Notes: generated by a model from the sequence alone, not told the origin. A DNA stretch of 64,000 nucleotides from a virus (IMGVR_UViG_3300024268_000001), one strand, 5' to 3'. Shown: positions 1-8,695, counted from the first letter of the stretch. Program-made: numbers and translations.

Positions 1-105
1 AAAATAGTTTTTACCGGGTTCGATTAAACTCAATAAATATTCCAGTTTTTCCTTATGACTACTACTCTGAATATTCGACCAATGTTCGTATTCGCTATCC
101 GTCAT
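1..105 (-). CDS. hypothetical protein, partial (runs off window start)
   Basis: ATG at 105-103 overlaps the TAA of the upstream gene (TAATG); open frame MTDSEYEHWSNIQ... to base 1. Confidence 0.6.
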   Translation of the reverse strand, partial: MTDSEYEHWSNIQSSSHKEKLEYLLSLIEPGKNYF

Positions 106-455
106 TATCCCAATACCTCCAATGTCTTCTCGACACAATAGTTGTTCAGTTCTTCCAGCATCTTCCGACCATCCTGGCAGGCCGAAATTATCAGAAGTCC
201 GGGCGGAATAGCCTTGAACCTGTAATGCAGGGCCTTGTTCGTACATGCAATAGAATCGCTCGCCCCTACCATCGGCGAACTCCCGTACTGCAAGAATATA
301 TGGTCATTCCAGAACGTAATGAAATAATCGCGTTCATCCCCAGTCTTCCGGATATATCTAACATACGTACTTGTAGAAACCGACTCGCTGTCATACACCG
401 AATACCCATGAGAAAGCAAATACTCTTCGTACTTGCGTAATTCAAACTTCGTCAC
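105..455 (-). CDS. hypothetical protein, LEVLG-tail paralog 1
   Basis: 116 aa; C-terminal YRFKAIPPGLL...EKTLEVLG shared with the next two genes; GTGA coupling. Confidence 0.8.
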   Translation of the reverse strand: MTKFELRKYEEYLLSHGYSVYDSESVSTSTYVRYIRKTGDERDYFITFWNDHIFLQYGSSPMVGASDSIACTNKALHYRFKAIPPGLLIISACQDGRKMLEELNNYCVEKTLEVLG

Positions 456-786
456 CCCAGAACCTCCAGGTTTCTATTAAGGTCATATTCGTATAGCTTC
501 TTGTGTATTTCTGAACTTTCTTCACACGCAATCTTCAACAATATGTCCGCAGGAACATTATATCTGTAATATATCCCGCCGCTTCCGTCATTATAGGCCA
601 GGCCACCCTTGTTATAATACAAGAATATGTTATTCTCGAATATCAACAGAGTATACTTGTTATCCGATTCTTTCACATAAAGGACATCGGTATTACGGTC
701 TACCTCCCTATATCCGTGTTTCTTCAAAAATCGTCATAATACCCGTACTGTATCAAAAAATCGTCATAGGCGCTGTACTCTTTCAT
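452..786 (-). pseudogene. LEVLG-tail paralog 2, split by a -1 frameshift in a T5 run
   Basis: Coupled ATG at 786 reads MKEYSAYDDFLIQYGYYDDF then TGA (726-724); the body (L)KKHGY...NRNLEVLG is in the -1 frame. Confidence 0.65.
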
Positions 787-1097
787 CCCAGAACCTCCAA
801 AGTCTTATTGACATCGTACTCGTACAGTTTCCTCCTAATATCCTCCGCAGGACCTACAGCTATATCCATCAATATATCAGCGGGAACGCCCATATATCTG
901 TAAATAGTCCCTGTACCGTCGGACACGCGGGAAGTAGCTATTCCCTCGCATTCATTAACGGACTCGTCATATATCAGACATACAAACGTAGTAAGAATTA
1001 TCAGACTGTACTTCCCCCGGATATAACTGCACCTTAAATCCTGCTTATACCCGTTCTCCAACGCCATCCTGATATATTTCTGAGAATCGAACTTCAT
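783..1097 (-). CDS. hypothetical protein, LEVLG-tail paralog 3
   Basis: 104 aa; YRYMGVPADILMDIA...KLYEYDVNKTLEVLG; ATGA overlaps. Confidence 0.8.
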   Translation of the reverse strand: MKFDSQKYIRMALENGYKQDLRCSYIRGKYSLIILTTFVCLIYDESVNECEGIATSRVSDGTGTIYRYMGVPADILMDIAVGPAEDIRRKLYEYDVNKTLEVLG

Positions 1098-1309
1098 CCA
1101 GCAATCTCTTCTTTTAACTTCGCCGGACTAAGCGTCCAGTTAGACAACTTGACACCGTTATATTCCGCGATATGCTTCATTTTTCTTTCGCTGTAATCCC
1201 CGCAGACAAACATCCATCTGGCCTTATTGGCTAGAATCTGCGCCTGCCTGTCACTTATTTCTTCTTCGGTCTCAATCGTAAACGGGAGATAAACTACCTT
1301 TTCAGCCAT
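1094..1309 (-). CDS. hypothetical protein
   Basis: 71 aa; GAGGA SD and own promoter. Confidence 0.7.
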   Translation of the reverse strand: MAEKVVYLPFTIETEEEISDRQAQILANKARWMFVCGDYSERKMKHIAEYNGVKLSNWTLSPAKLKEEIAG

Positions 1310-1335
1310 ATATTGTCCTCTGGTTCGTTATTTCA

Positions 1336-1364
1336 AATATAGCAAATCCATATAGGTTCGTCAA
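1336..1364 (-). promoter_or_regulatory. sigma70-type promoter TTGACG-N17-TATATT
   Basis: Exact 17-nt spacer; matches the window-wide promoter consensus. Confidence 0.75.
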
Positions 1365-1683
1365 CCTTAATTAACCCTTGCATATACTATAAACCGATAT
1401 ATATTAACATCATATTAACATAGAATCAATTAAGCCAAAAATATCCCAGAAATACCTATATAATCATAGGGGTAAAATCTATTAAGCAAAATCTCCCAAA
1501 TCCCTTTATTTTCAAGCATTTCGGCCAATTCTGAATATTCTTTAAATATCCAGAATATACCCCAAAATCTATTAAGATTTTCACAAGAAATTTCTACACA
1601 ATTTACTAACATTTTATTAACAGGCGAGCCCATCGAGACGTAAGTGTTTTTTAACCAATCCGGACCCATATATAGGAATCTAT

Positions 1684-1906
1684 GCCCGCCAAAATCTATT
1701 AAGTAGAAACTTGGCCCGCCAAAATCTATTAAGTAGAAACTTGGCCCGCCAAATCTATTAAGCATATTTACTTACTAGAAATCTGGCCCGCCAAAATCTA
1801 TTAAGTAGAAACTTGGCCCGCCAAATCTATTAAGCATATTTACTTACTAGAAATCTGGCCCGCCAAATCTATTAAGCATATTTACTTACTAGAAATCTGG
1901 CCCGCC
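1684..1906. repeat. tandem iteron-like array, 30/42-bp units in order A-A-B-A-B-B plus a partial unit
   Basis: GCCCGCC at 1684, 1714, 1744, 1786, 1816, 1858, 1900; core GCCCGCCAAA(A)TCTATTAAG; non-coding. Confidence 0.95.
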
Positions 1907-1926
1907 GGAATACTTAGATCTTAATT

Positions 1927-1977
1927 GTAAAAAATTTTTTACGCAAAAATTTTTTTTTCGTGAAAAAATTTTCGCGA
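1927..1977. other. A/T-tract palindromes next to the repeat array (candidate unwinding element)
   Basis: Perfect 16-bp palindrome GTAAAAAATTTTTTAC at 1927-1942, then TCGTGAAAA-AA-TTTTCGCGA. Confidence 0.55.
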
Positions 1978-1993
1978 TCCTGGTCCCCATTAT

Positions 1994-2030
1994 AAAAAAG
2001 AAAAACCCAGAATTAACTTCTGGATTTTCT
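1994..2030 (-). terminator. intrinsic terminator after gp62
   Basis: AGAAAATCCAGAA/TTCTGGGTTTT stem plus T run on the minus strand. Confidence 0.7.
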
Positions 2031-2049
2031 CTTCAAAAATCAATTAAGA

Positions 2050-2487
2050 TTAATCTTTGGGTTGTGCGGCGAGCCGGAAATAATCTTCCCATTTCTTGAC
2101 TATATGTTGTTTCTGTTCCTTGTTCAGGATTTGAAGATAGAATTTGGCTTCGCGGTCCGTGAGGTCGTATTCCTTCTTTACCGACTCGATTTCGACCGGA
2201 TCGTATTCCTGGGTTCCTTTGAAGTAGTCGTATTTGAAGTAATGCTTCGTGTGCTTTACATAGCCGATGAGGATATTGTAATGCATATCGTCGGTCAGTT
2301 TCTGTGTGGCGAGCTGGTCCGCGACGGGAATCAGATAGTCGTAGGAACAGATGAACCTGTTAATCATGAACTGGCTGTAGCCATTCTGGAGATCTTCCGG
2401 GAGGTCTTTCCATTCCGGGTACTGTTTGGTACAGAGTGCGGTCAGGATTTCCCAGAGAGGATTACGCTTTTTCTGTTTGGTTTCCAT
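2050..2487 (-). CDS. gp62: clamp loader small subunit (T4 gp62-like)
   Basis: YSQFMINRF...VKKEYDLTDREAKFYLQILNKEQ pattern typical of T4-like gp62; near gp44 and gp45. Confidence 0.75.
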   Translation of the reverse strand: METKQKKRNPLWEILTALCTKQYPEWKDLPEDLQNGYSQFMINRFICSYDYLIPVADQLATQKLTDDMHYNILIGYVKHTKHYFKYDYFKGTQEYDPVEIESVKKEYDLTDREAKFYLQILNKEQKQHIVKKWEDYFRLAAQPKD

Positions 2488-3277
2488 TATCTACCTTCTT
2501 GGTCGGCATGGTCTTGATTCTGGACATATCGAACTTTGAGAGTCTCGAAATCGGCCAGTTACCGTTAACCGCCGAAGTCCACTTGTTGAAGAAATTGAGT
2601 CTTAGCTGTTCCCAGTTCTTCGGGAGTTCACCTTGGGATTCATGTTTGACCGAAACCGCCACGGTAGCGACCCTATAGCCCGCGGCGAGCGCCTGGAGAC
2701 AGATGTCGGCATCGTAGAAGTGAAAATCCGGAAGTAATTCGTCGAATCTGAAACCTTTTTCGAAGAACCACTTGGGGAAGAACATGCAGCATCCGTCGAC
2801 GGTGGCCATGAACTTATGGTTACCCGGATAGTCGTTCATCGGGTATTCATAGTGTTCCATGACTGGATTTCCCTTATCGTCGAGGACCGGTTTCTTATTT
2901 TCGTCGAGTTTCGGTCGGATTCCGCCCTGGATGATGGAACCTGCGCCGTAGTTGGCTCTGCCTCCGGCGGACGGGACTCCGTGCCACCATGCACAGCCCT
3001 GGTCCAAGGCGATCGTGCCGATGACTCCCATGACCGCCGCGTTATATTCCTGGCAGACCTTATCTACTTTGAATTCGATAACGTCCAGAGGCGATCTCAG
3101 TTCCGTATCGTCGTGTCGGAAACAAACGTATTTTTCTTTGGAATTGAGAACGAACTGTTCTATGGCGCGGTTATACTTCTTGGCCATAGAATCGTGAGGA
3201 ATGTTTTCGATATACTTGATTGTGTCGGTATCGACTTGGTTTTCGGTTCTTTTATTTACCGGGATTATCTGAAGCAT
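2462..3277 (-). CDS. GT-A fold glycosyltransferase (GT2-like)
   Basis: CFRHDD metal motif, VDGCCMF, FDELLPDFHFYDADICLQA, terminal KHESQG. Confidence 0.75.
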   Translation of the reverse strand: MLQIIPVNKRTENQVDTDTIKYIENIPHDSMAKKYNRAIEQFVLNSKEKYVCFRHDDTELRSPLDVIEFKVDKVCQEYNAAVMGVIGTIALDQGCAWWHGVPSAGGRANYGAGSIIQGGIRPKLDENKKPVLDDKGNPVMEHYEYPMNDYPGNHKFMATVDGCCMFFPKWFFEKGFRFDELLPDFHFYDADICLQALAAGYRVATVAVSVKHESQGELPKNWEQLRLNFFNKWTSAVNGNWPISRLSKFDMSRIKTMPTKKVDNGNQTEKA

Positions 3278-3944
3278 CTAGGGTTTCCTTTATATTTCTG
3301 ATAACGAAGCTCGCGTCTTTGACCTTGGACATGTAGCCTGTCATGAGTCTTTGCGCGAAGTCGCTGTAAATATTGGTATTTTCGTCCTTGAAAATAACGA
3401 GTTTGGCGAGCCTGAAGCTGCCTTCGAAGAGTTTGAATCTCTTATCTTCGTCCAGATTCGGGCAGATCCGTTCGACATCTATAGGCAATTCCGAGAAATT
3501 TATGGCCTTATAGGTTAATTTTTCGCGGGTTTGCTCGTCGATTTCTGGCGGGAAAATATAGTATGCGGGCTCGCATTTGGATTTCAAAGCCTGCATTCTG
3601 TTACGTTTTTCCAGTTCGGATAGCGGTTTTGGGCCGAATTTTTCCAGTGAAGCGTAGATTTCTTTCAGTTGCAGTTCGAATAACTGGCCTAATCTTACGT
3701 ATTCCAGCTCGTTATCCCAGTAGCAGCAGGTCATAGGGAAAGCCGCGCGCTGGGTCATCTTGTAGACGAGATCTCTATCCCGTTGCGTATTTACCTCGAC
3801 GAAATAGAGATTTCCGTTATTGATATGTTCAATGGACTGTTTATACTTATGGCATATTTCGCAGGCATCCTGTGTCAGTACGTAGATGCCGTGCTTATAG
3901 CCTATGGCGAAGTCTTGAAACGATATTTTCTGTGAATCGAACAT
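3252..3944 (-). CDS. thioredoxin-fold CxxC protein with C-terminal extension
   Basis: YVLTQDACEICHKYK, FVEVN, AFPMT (cis-Pro-like). Confidence 0.6.
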   Translation of the reverse strand: MFDSQKISFQDFAIGYKHGIYVLTQDACEICHKYKQSIEHINNGNLYFVEVNTQRDRDLVYKMTQRAAFPMTCCYWDNELEYVRLGQLFELQLKEIYASLEKFGPKPLSELEKRNRMQALKSKCEPAYYIFPPEIDEQTREKLTYKAINFSELPIDVERICPNLDEDKRFKLFEGSFRLAKLVIFKDENTNIYSDFAQRLMTGYMSKVKDASFVIRNIKETLDASDNPGK

Positions 3945-3951
3945 AGTAACC

Positions 3952-3959
3952 TATTTATA
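3952..3959 (-). promoter_or_regulatory. T4-type late promoter TATAAATA
   Basis: Exact TATAAATA 7 nt upstream of the ATG at 3944, overlapping the gp44 stop codon. Confidence 0.55.
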
Positions 3960-4899
3960 CGCACTGGAACATCTGGATCAGACAGGCCAGGATATGGATT
4001 TCCGGGTCATTTGAAATCGAGGCTCTGGCATCGTATTCGGATAACTGGAGATAGGCATCGCCGCGTTTCTTCATCTTCGGGATGACATCTGTCTTGATGA
4101 AACCGAATACGTCGGTATAGCTGAGGCAATGTTCGTTGATATAGTTCATGGAATCTGTTAATTTCTTTTCGAGAATCATCTTGGCGAGCACGTCACCGAT
4201 GTTCACGTAATCCATTAAGCCCATGTCGATACGGCCCTTCATCATGGAATAGCACTGGAGTCTGGCCAGGATAGTTCTGATTGACGGGAACTTTTTTTCT
4301 ATTAAGCTCTTTACGGCTTCTTCCTCGAACGGGATTTGAAGATACTTAAGAATTCCGAAGATTCTCTTTTGAACTTGCGGAATGAGTTCTGCCCTATATT
4401 CCGGTTTTTGCATATCGAACTTTAAAGTCATGGTTCGACCGCCTTCGTCGTCACGGATGGCCGGGATGATCTTATTGGCGTAGTTACAGGTAAGAATGAA
4501 ACGGCAGTTATCGGAGAGGTCGTCGAGAATTTCTCTTAAGGCTTTTTGTGCTTCGGGAGTAAGACCGTCAGCCTCGTCCAGGAGAACGAGTTTAGGAGTA
4601 TCGTTGAAACTCATGGTCTTGGCGAACTCTTCGACTGTATTACGGATTGTATTAATGCCGTTTGAATTCGAAGCATTGAGTTTCATGAACTGTGCGCCGA
4701 GGTCATTGGCGAGCGCCTGTGCTACGGTAGTTTTACCAGTACCGCCTTTACGGGATTCGAGAAGGATATTGACGCCTGCGTTGTCCGCGACGATCTTATT
4801 GAAGAAATTCCGATAATCTTGTGGAAGGATAACGTCTTTTAATGTTTTAGGTCTGAAACGATGTTCCCAGATGTATTGATTAGTAGTAGAATCACTCAT
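3955..4899 (-). CDS. gp44: clamp loader large subunit (T4 gp44 / RFC-like AAA+)
   Basis: WEHRFRPKTLKDVILP, Walker A GGTGKTT, LLDEAD, SDNCRFILTCNY; start moved from 5004 to the ATG at 4899. Confidence 0.95.
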   Translation of the reverse strand: MSDSTTNQYIWEHRFRPKTLKDVILPQDYRNFFNKIVADNAGVNILLESRKGGTGKTTVAQALANDLGAQFMKLNASNSNGINTIRNTVEEFAKTMSFNDTPKLVLLDEADGLTPEAQKALREILDDLSDNCRFILTCNYANKIIPAIRDDEGGRTMTLKFDMQKPEYRAELIPQVQKRIFGILKYLQIPFEEEAVKSLIEKKFPSIRTILARLQCYSMMKGRIDMGLMDYVNIGDVLAKMILEKKLTDSMNYINEHCLSYTDVFGFIKTDVIPKMKKRGDAYLQLSEYDARASISNDPEIHILACLIQMFQCV

Positions 4900-5029
4900 T
4901 GTATTTGTACCTTTAGATAGTTTTACAGGATAAAGATAGAAAAAATCTATTAAGATAAAAAAGAAAGAGGGAAAATCATTCAGATTTTCCCTAGAAAGAT
5001 GCACTGTATCAAAGGAGGTAAGAAATTAT

Positions 5030-5323
5030 TTAGTGCTTCTTTGCTCTGCGTTCGGCTCTGTTCCTTGGGCGTAATTGTACGTCACCAACCTCTCTATCGG
5101 GCTTAGGGAACAGGCACGGGCACGGAACCGGTTCACCGGAATCAGCGTGCCTACCGAGGTAACCCCTGCCATGACACTTTTTGCAGTTAGGCTTGGGGTC
5201 ATTTAATAGAATGCCCATTGCTTCTGCGGCTCTGCGGATAACCTTCATCGCATTAACGTTATGAAGATCTTCTTCCGGGGCTCGCTTATCAGGAGGTACA
5301 AGAGACTGATAATCAATAGACAT
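5030..5323 (-). CDS. small zinc-finger protein
   Basis: CKKCHGRG...CPC motif, basic tail. Confidence 0.65.
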   Translation of the reverse strand: MSIDYQSLVPPDKRAPEEDLHNVNAMKVIRRAAEAMGILLNDPKPNCKKCHGRGYLGRHADSGEPVPCPCLFPKPDREVGDVQLRPRNRAERRAKKH

Positions 5324-6060
5324 TACTTTTTCCTCGACCAGTAGATGTTAAGTTTAATATCGTCTTCGCGGAGCTGCTCGAACTTCATGAGACCACGCTT
5401 GGCCACTGTGATGTTGTAAGCTGCAGACGGAAGAGTGTTAATACCACGAATAGGAACCATGAAATCAAACGGGATTTCAACATCGTTCTTAAGGTCATAC
5501 TGTGCACTGTAGGTATCGCCGCTGAACATACTTGTCAGGTTGGCCGTGCAGGTCTTACCTTCGAAATGGAACTGGATGGTATCTGCCTTGATGAGGGAAA
5601 CCATCGAGCTGAGATCGTTTACGTCTGATTCGGAGAAATAGAGTTCTGCATCGGCTGCCGGCATGTTAATCTGGTTGAACTGCGGCTTGGAGAGAACTTC
5701 AGGCATACCGAGCTTGTTGACGAAATGGCGGGCATCGATACTGGAAGCGATGTTCAAGATATAGGGCTCGCCGGATTCATTAACGTCGATACTGAGCTTT
5801 GGCGTATTTGAGACAGCAGGATCCTTGGACGGTTTATCGAAAATATCAAAATACTTCTTGAAAGTAGAGAAGTTGAAGAAACCAATCTTTTCACCCGGGA
5901 AATCGAAATACGAGAGCGGAGCCGTGAGGGTGAAGCAGACATTGAGCTTGTCATCGTTGGCACGCATCTTGAATACTTCACCATCCTTTTCCATAACCAG
6001 CTGTTGCTGAATATTTGAAAGCTGGGAAATCAAGTTAATAAGGTTTTTATTATAATTCAT
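5323..6060 (-). CDS. gp45: sliding clamp (T4 gp45-like)
   Basis: 245 aa; IGFFNFSTFKKYFDIFDKP resembles the gp45 AIYDLNGFLGIL segment; upstream of gp44. Confidence 0.75.
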   Translation of the reverse strand: MNYNKNLINLISQLSNIQQQLVMEKDGEVFKMRANDDKLNVCFTLTAPLSYFDFPGEKIGFFNFSTFKKYFDIFDKPSKDPAVSNTPKLSIDVNESGEPYILNIASSIDARHFVNKLGMPEVLSKPQFNQINMPAADAELYFSESDVNDLSSMVSLIKADTIQFHFEGKTCTANLTSMFSGDTYSAQYDLKNDVEIPFDFMVPIRGINTLPSAAYNITVAKRGLMKFEQLREDDIKLNIYWSRKK

Positions 6061-6105
6061 GTAAACTTTTCCTTAACGTTTGCATAAAATATAGTAAAAA
6101 TTCTA

Positions 6106-6891
6106 TTAAGCTTTTTTCCTGTTGTCAAAATATTCCAGGAATTTCTTGGAGTAATCCTGACAGAGATAGATTTCCGATTTAGAAGTTTCCTTATTCGGAA
6201 TCTGTACGAGCATCATCTCGCCAATCTTGATAGACGGACAATGTTTTTCCAGGATCGCCTTATACATTGACAGCTGCATACTATAATGTACACAGTTACA
6301 GTCATCTTCGGTTTCGAACGGAGCTTTCATCTTCTGGAATCTATTACTATGTTCGAACTTCTTGGATGTCTTCCAGTCAAGAATAGAATAACAGTTCTTC
6401 ACGGTATTATAGCATAGGAAGTCGATAGTACCAACCAGACCCCAATCGCGGTCATACACGATGAATTCGTTTTTCAACGGAATATAACGTTCCTTGAGTG
6501 TACTGATCAGAGCCTTTGCTTTCTTCTTTCGCCAGGCGAAGTCTTCAGGCATGCCTTCATACTGTTCAAGGAGATGCTGGTCAGGATAGAATTCCTTGTT
6601 CTGCCATTCGTATTCGGCTACGCTATGAACAGCAGTACCTAGAGTACATGCGTAACTGCCAGCAGCATCCCATTCGGCACGGATGTCCTTTACGTCCTTA
6701 CCGAAGTATTTTCCGCCGGCCTTCTTACTTGCACGTTCGGCGATCATGTCCCAATCCTTATCCGGTTCGAAGTTCTTGATAAAGGTCGTAACCGAAGTGA
6801 ACTTGGTACCGTATGAGTCAGTATACTTGTGGCCTACTTCTTCGAAATGAATATCATTAAATGCAGTCCATAATTCTTTAAAGAGTTCCAT
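6106..6891 (-). CDS. PD-(D/E)XK nuclease (RecB/Cas4-like phage exonuclease)
   Basis: SVTT, GTAVH, E...GTID...ILDWKT, QLSMY motifs. Confidence 0.85.
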   Translation of the reverse strand: MELFKELWTAFNDIHFEEVGHKYTDSYGTKFTSVTTFIKNFEPDKDWDMIAERASKKAGGKYFGKDVKDIRAEWDAAGSYACTLGTAVHSVAEYEWQNKEFYPDQHLLEQYEGMPEDFAWRKKKAKALISTLKERYIPLKNEFIVYDRDWGLVGTIDFLCYNTVKNCYSILDWKTSKKFEHSNRFQKMKAPFETEDDCNCVHYSMQLSMYKAILEKHCPSIKIGEMMLVQIPNKETSKSEIYLCQDYSKKFLEYFDNRKKA

Positions 6892-6898
6892 ATATTAC

Positions 6899-7759
6899 CT
6901 ATTTTAAATTCATCCATTCTCTTTCGAGGCGATCCAGCTGATGATTGTAAGACGAGTCCGCCCATGTCGGCATAATCTGTTTGAAATCGGAATAGGTGCC
7001 GCCGATATGTTTCCACCAGCAGGCGAGCGCGAATATTTGGTTATGCCTTGTTCCTTCGGGAGCTGATTCAATTGTTTTCTCTACGTATTCTTTAGCCTTG
7101 GTAAGATCGCCTGTCTTATTACGCTTACGAGACTTCATGTACGATGCTTCAAGATCTCTTAAGTAATTCTGTTGACGCCATTCGCATTCGTTGTAAGCCT
7201 GTTCAAAGAATTCGATTTCCTCGAAAGGATTAAACTTCTTTCCGTTGTTAATCTTATAATAATACGGCGAGCCTTTAGACTTGACCGCCGGGCACTTGAA
7301 GAACTGTGCTCTGACGAAAGATGCCGGGTCAACATGGTCGAAGAAATCAATTAAGTAGAAATACGGGCTCCACTGTTTCTGTGATCCCTTGAAGAAAAAT
7401 CTATTAATCTCGTATTCCTTGTCCAAGAACAGAAGGACACGGAACTTCTGATTCACACCGTCATAAGAATAACTGGTGTGCAGAATGTACCTGTAGTCCC
7501 TGAATCTGTTTTGGAATTGTTCGATTGTATACTCTGTAGAGTCATAGTCCAACATGAGAATATCGGTAGAACCCATATTCTCTGTGCAACGTTTCTCTCC
7601 TTTCATCGAACAGAACTTCCACTGTGGTATCTTAGACTTGTCTTCGACTACCATAGGGTTCATGATCGCCTTGATTGTATTCTCGGCGACAGCCTTGTTC
7701 CATTCGATAGGCTTGCACTTGTTGTCGAACTGATTTTTAATCGTTTGAATATACCGCAT
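6899..7759 (-). CDS. AEP/VirE-N-like primase-type protein with PriCT-like C-terminus
   Basis: LMLDYD, HTSYS...KFRVLL, VDPASF, EGTRHNQIFALA. Confidence 0.6.
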   Translation of the reverse strand: MRYIQTIKNQFDNKCKPIEWNKAVAENTIKAIMNPMVVEDKSKIPQWKFCSMKGEKRCTENMGSTDILMLDYDSTEYTIEQFQNRFRDYRYILHTSYSYDGVNQKFRVLLFLDKEYEINRFFFKGSQKQWSPYFYLIDFFDHVDPASFVRAQFFKCPAVKSKGSPYYYKINNGKKFNPFEEIEFFEQAYNECEWRQQNYLRDLEASYMKSRKRNKTGDLTKAKEYVEKTIESAPEGTRHNQIFALACWWKHIGGTYSDFKQIMPTWADSSYNHQLDRLEREWMNLK

Positions 7760-8606
7760 CTACAGCCAACTGTAATCTATTAAGTACGATCATTATGTCG
7801 TCGTTATACTTGAGCGGAATTCCACCAGCATGTGCGTGACCGCCGCCGACATTCATAATCTTGAACACCTTTGTAAGGTCGATTTCATTGCAACGGATAG
7901 AGAGGGCGTTCTTGTTCTTGATTGCGAACCACTTATAGCCTTCCTTCTTGAGTTCCTCGACACATTCGTTCATGAATCGGTCTGTCTCGAAGAACGCGCC
8001 GTTGTTAGAGAGGTCGGAGATTTCAAGGTTAGCATAAAGCTTTTTGAATTCGGCCTGAGCATCAATTAAGTATTTTTGTTCTTCCGGGTAGAGCTTCGTA
8101 TTTCCATTAAGGAATCTGCGGGTAAACCACTTAGGACCCATTTCCCAGTAAATGTTATTGAAGAATCGCGATCTCTTGTCTGACAGGATGAACATATCCC
8201 AGTCGTTCGTGATGTTAATGAGGTCGTCAAGGTAGGAAATATCTTTAAAGGTCTTGACGAATCTGTAGGTGAGCATCGCGCCGCAAGCAGAAGTATTAAT
8301 GATAACTGTCTTGTTGTCGTGGTATTTCTGTGCGGTCTCGTGGTGGTCCAGTACAAGAACGTTCGGGAAAGCTTCGCGAATCTGCGACATGGTTAGAGAC
8401 GGATAGAAATCGGTGATGATAACCAAATCAACCTTATCCTTGTACTTGGCGATCACGTTTGTAATAACACGTTCTTCTGACTGGTATGTAATATATTCGG
8501 TTTCAATGTCCTTATAGAAGTTACGAAGGACAATGTTAGACGATACACCGTCGAGGTCAGAATGTGTTAAGTTTAAAATTTTTAATTCGGGATTATTATA
8601 ATTCAT
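7737..8606 (-). CDS. DHH/DHHA1 phosphoesterase
   Basis: THSDLDG, ITDF, LDHH, GGGHAHAGG. Confidence 0.9.
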   Translation of the reverse strand: MNYNNPELKILNLTHSDLDGVSSNIVLRNFYKDIETEYITYQSEERVITNVIAKYKDKVDLVIITDFYPSLTMSQIREAFPNVLVLDHHETAQKYHDNKTVIINTSACGAMLTYRFVKTFKDISYLDDLINITNDWDMFILSDKRSRFFNNIYWEMGPKWFTRRFLNGNTKLYPEEQKYLIDAQAEFKKLYANLEISDLSNNGAFFETDRFMNECVEELKKEGYKWFAIKNKNALSIRCNEIDLTKVFKIMNVGGGHAHAGGIPLKYNDDIMIVLNRLQLAVDAVYSND

Positions 8607-8664
8607 ACTTATTAAATATAGTAAATTTTATTAAGGTTGTATACCGTTATAAAAATATAATCTG

Positions 8665-8695
8665 AAAAAGGGATAACACCTTTCGATGTTATCCC
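8665..8695 (-). terminator. intrinsic terminator after gp32
   Basis: GGGATAACA/TGTTATCCC stem plus T5. Confidence 0.8.

Noticed and set aside
1430-1765. 111-aa minus-strand ORF with GGPSFYLIDF repeats
   Set aside because: It is just the translation of the DNA repeat array, with no SD or promoter.
1684-1906. CRISPR array
   Set aside because: The sequences between the repeat cores are only two recurring variants (9 and 22 nt), not unique spacers, and no cas genes are present.
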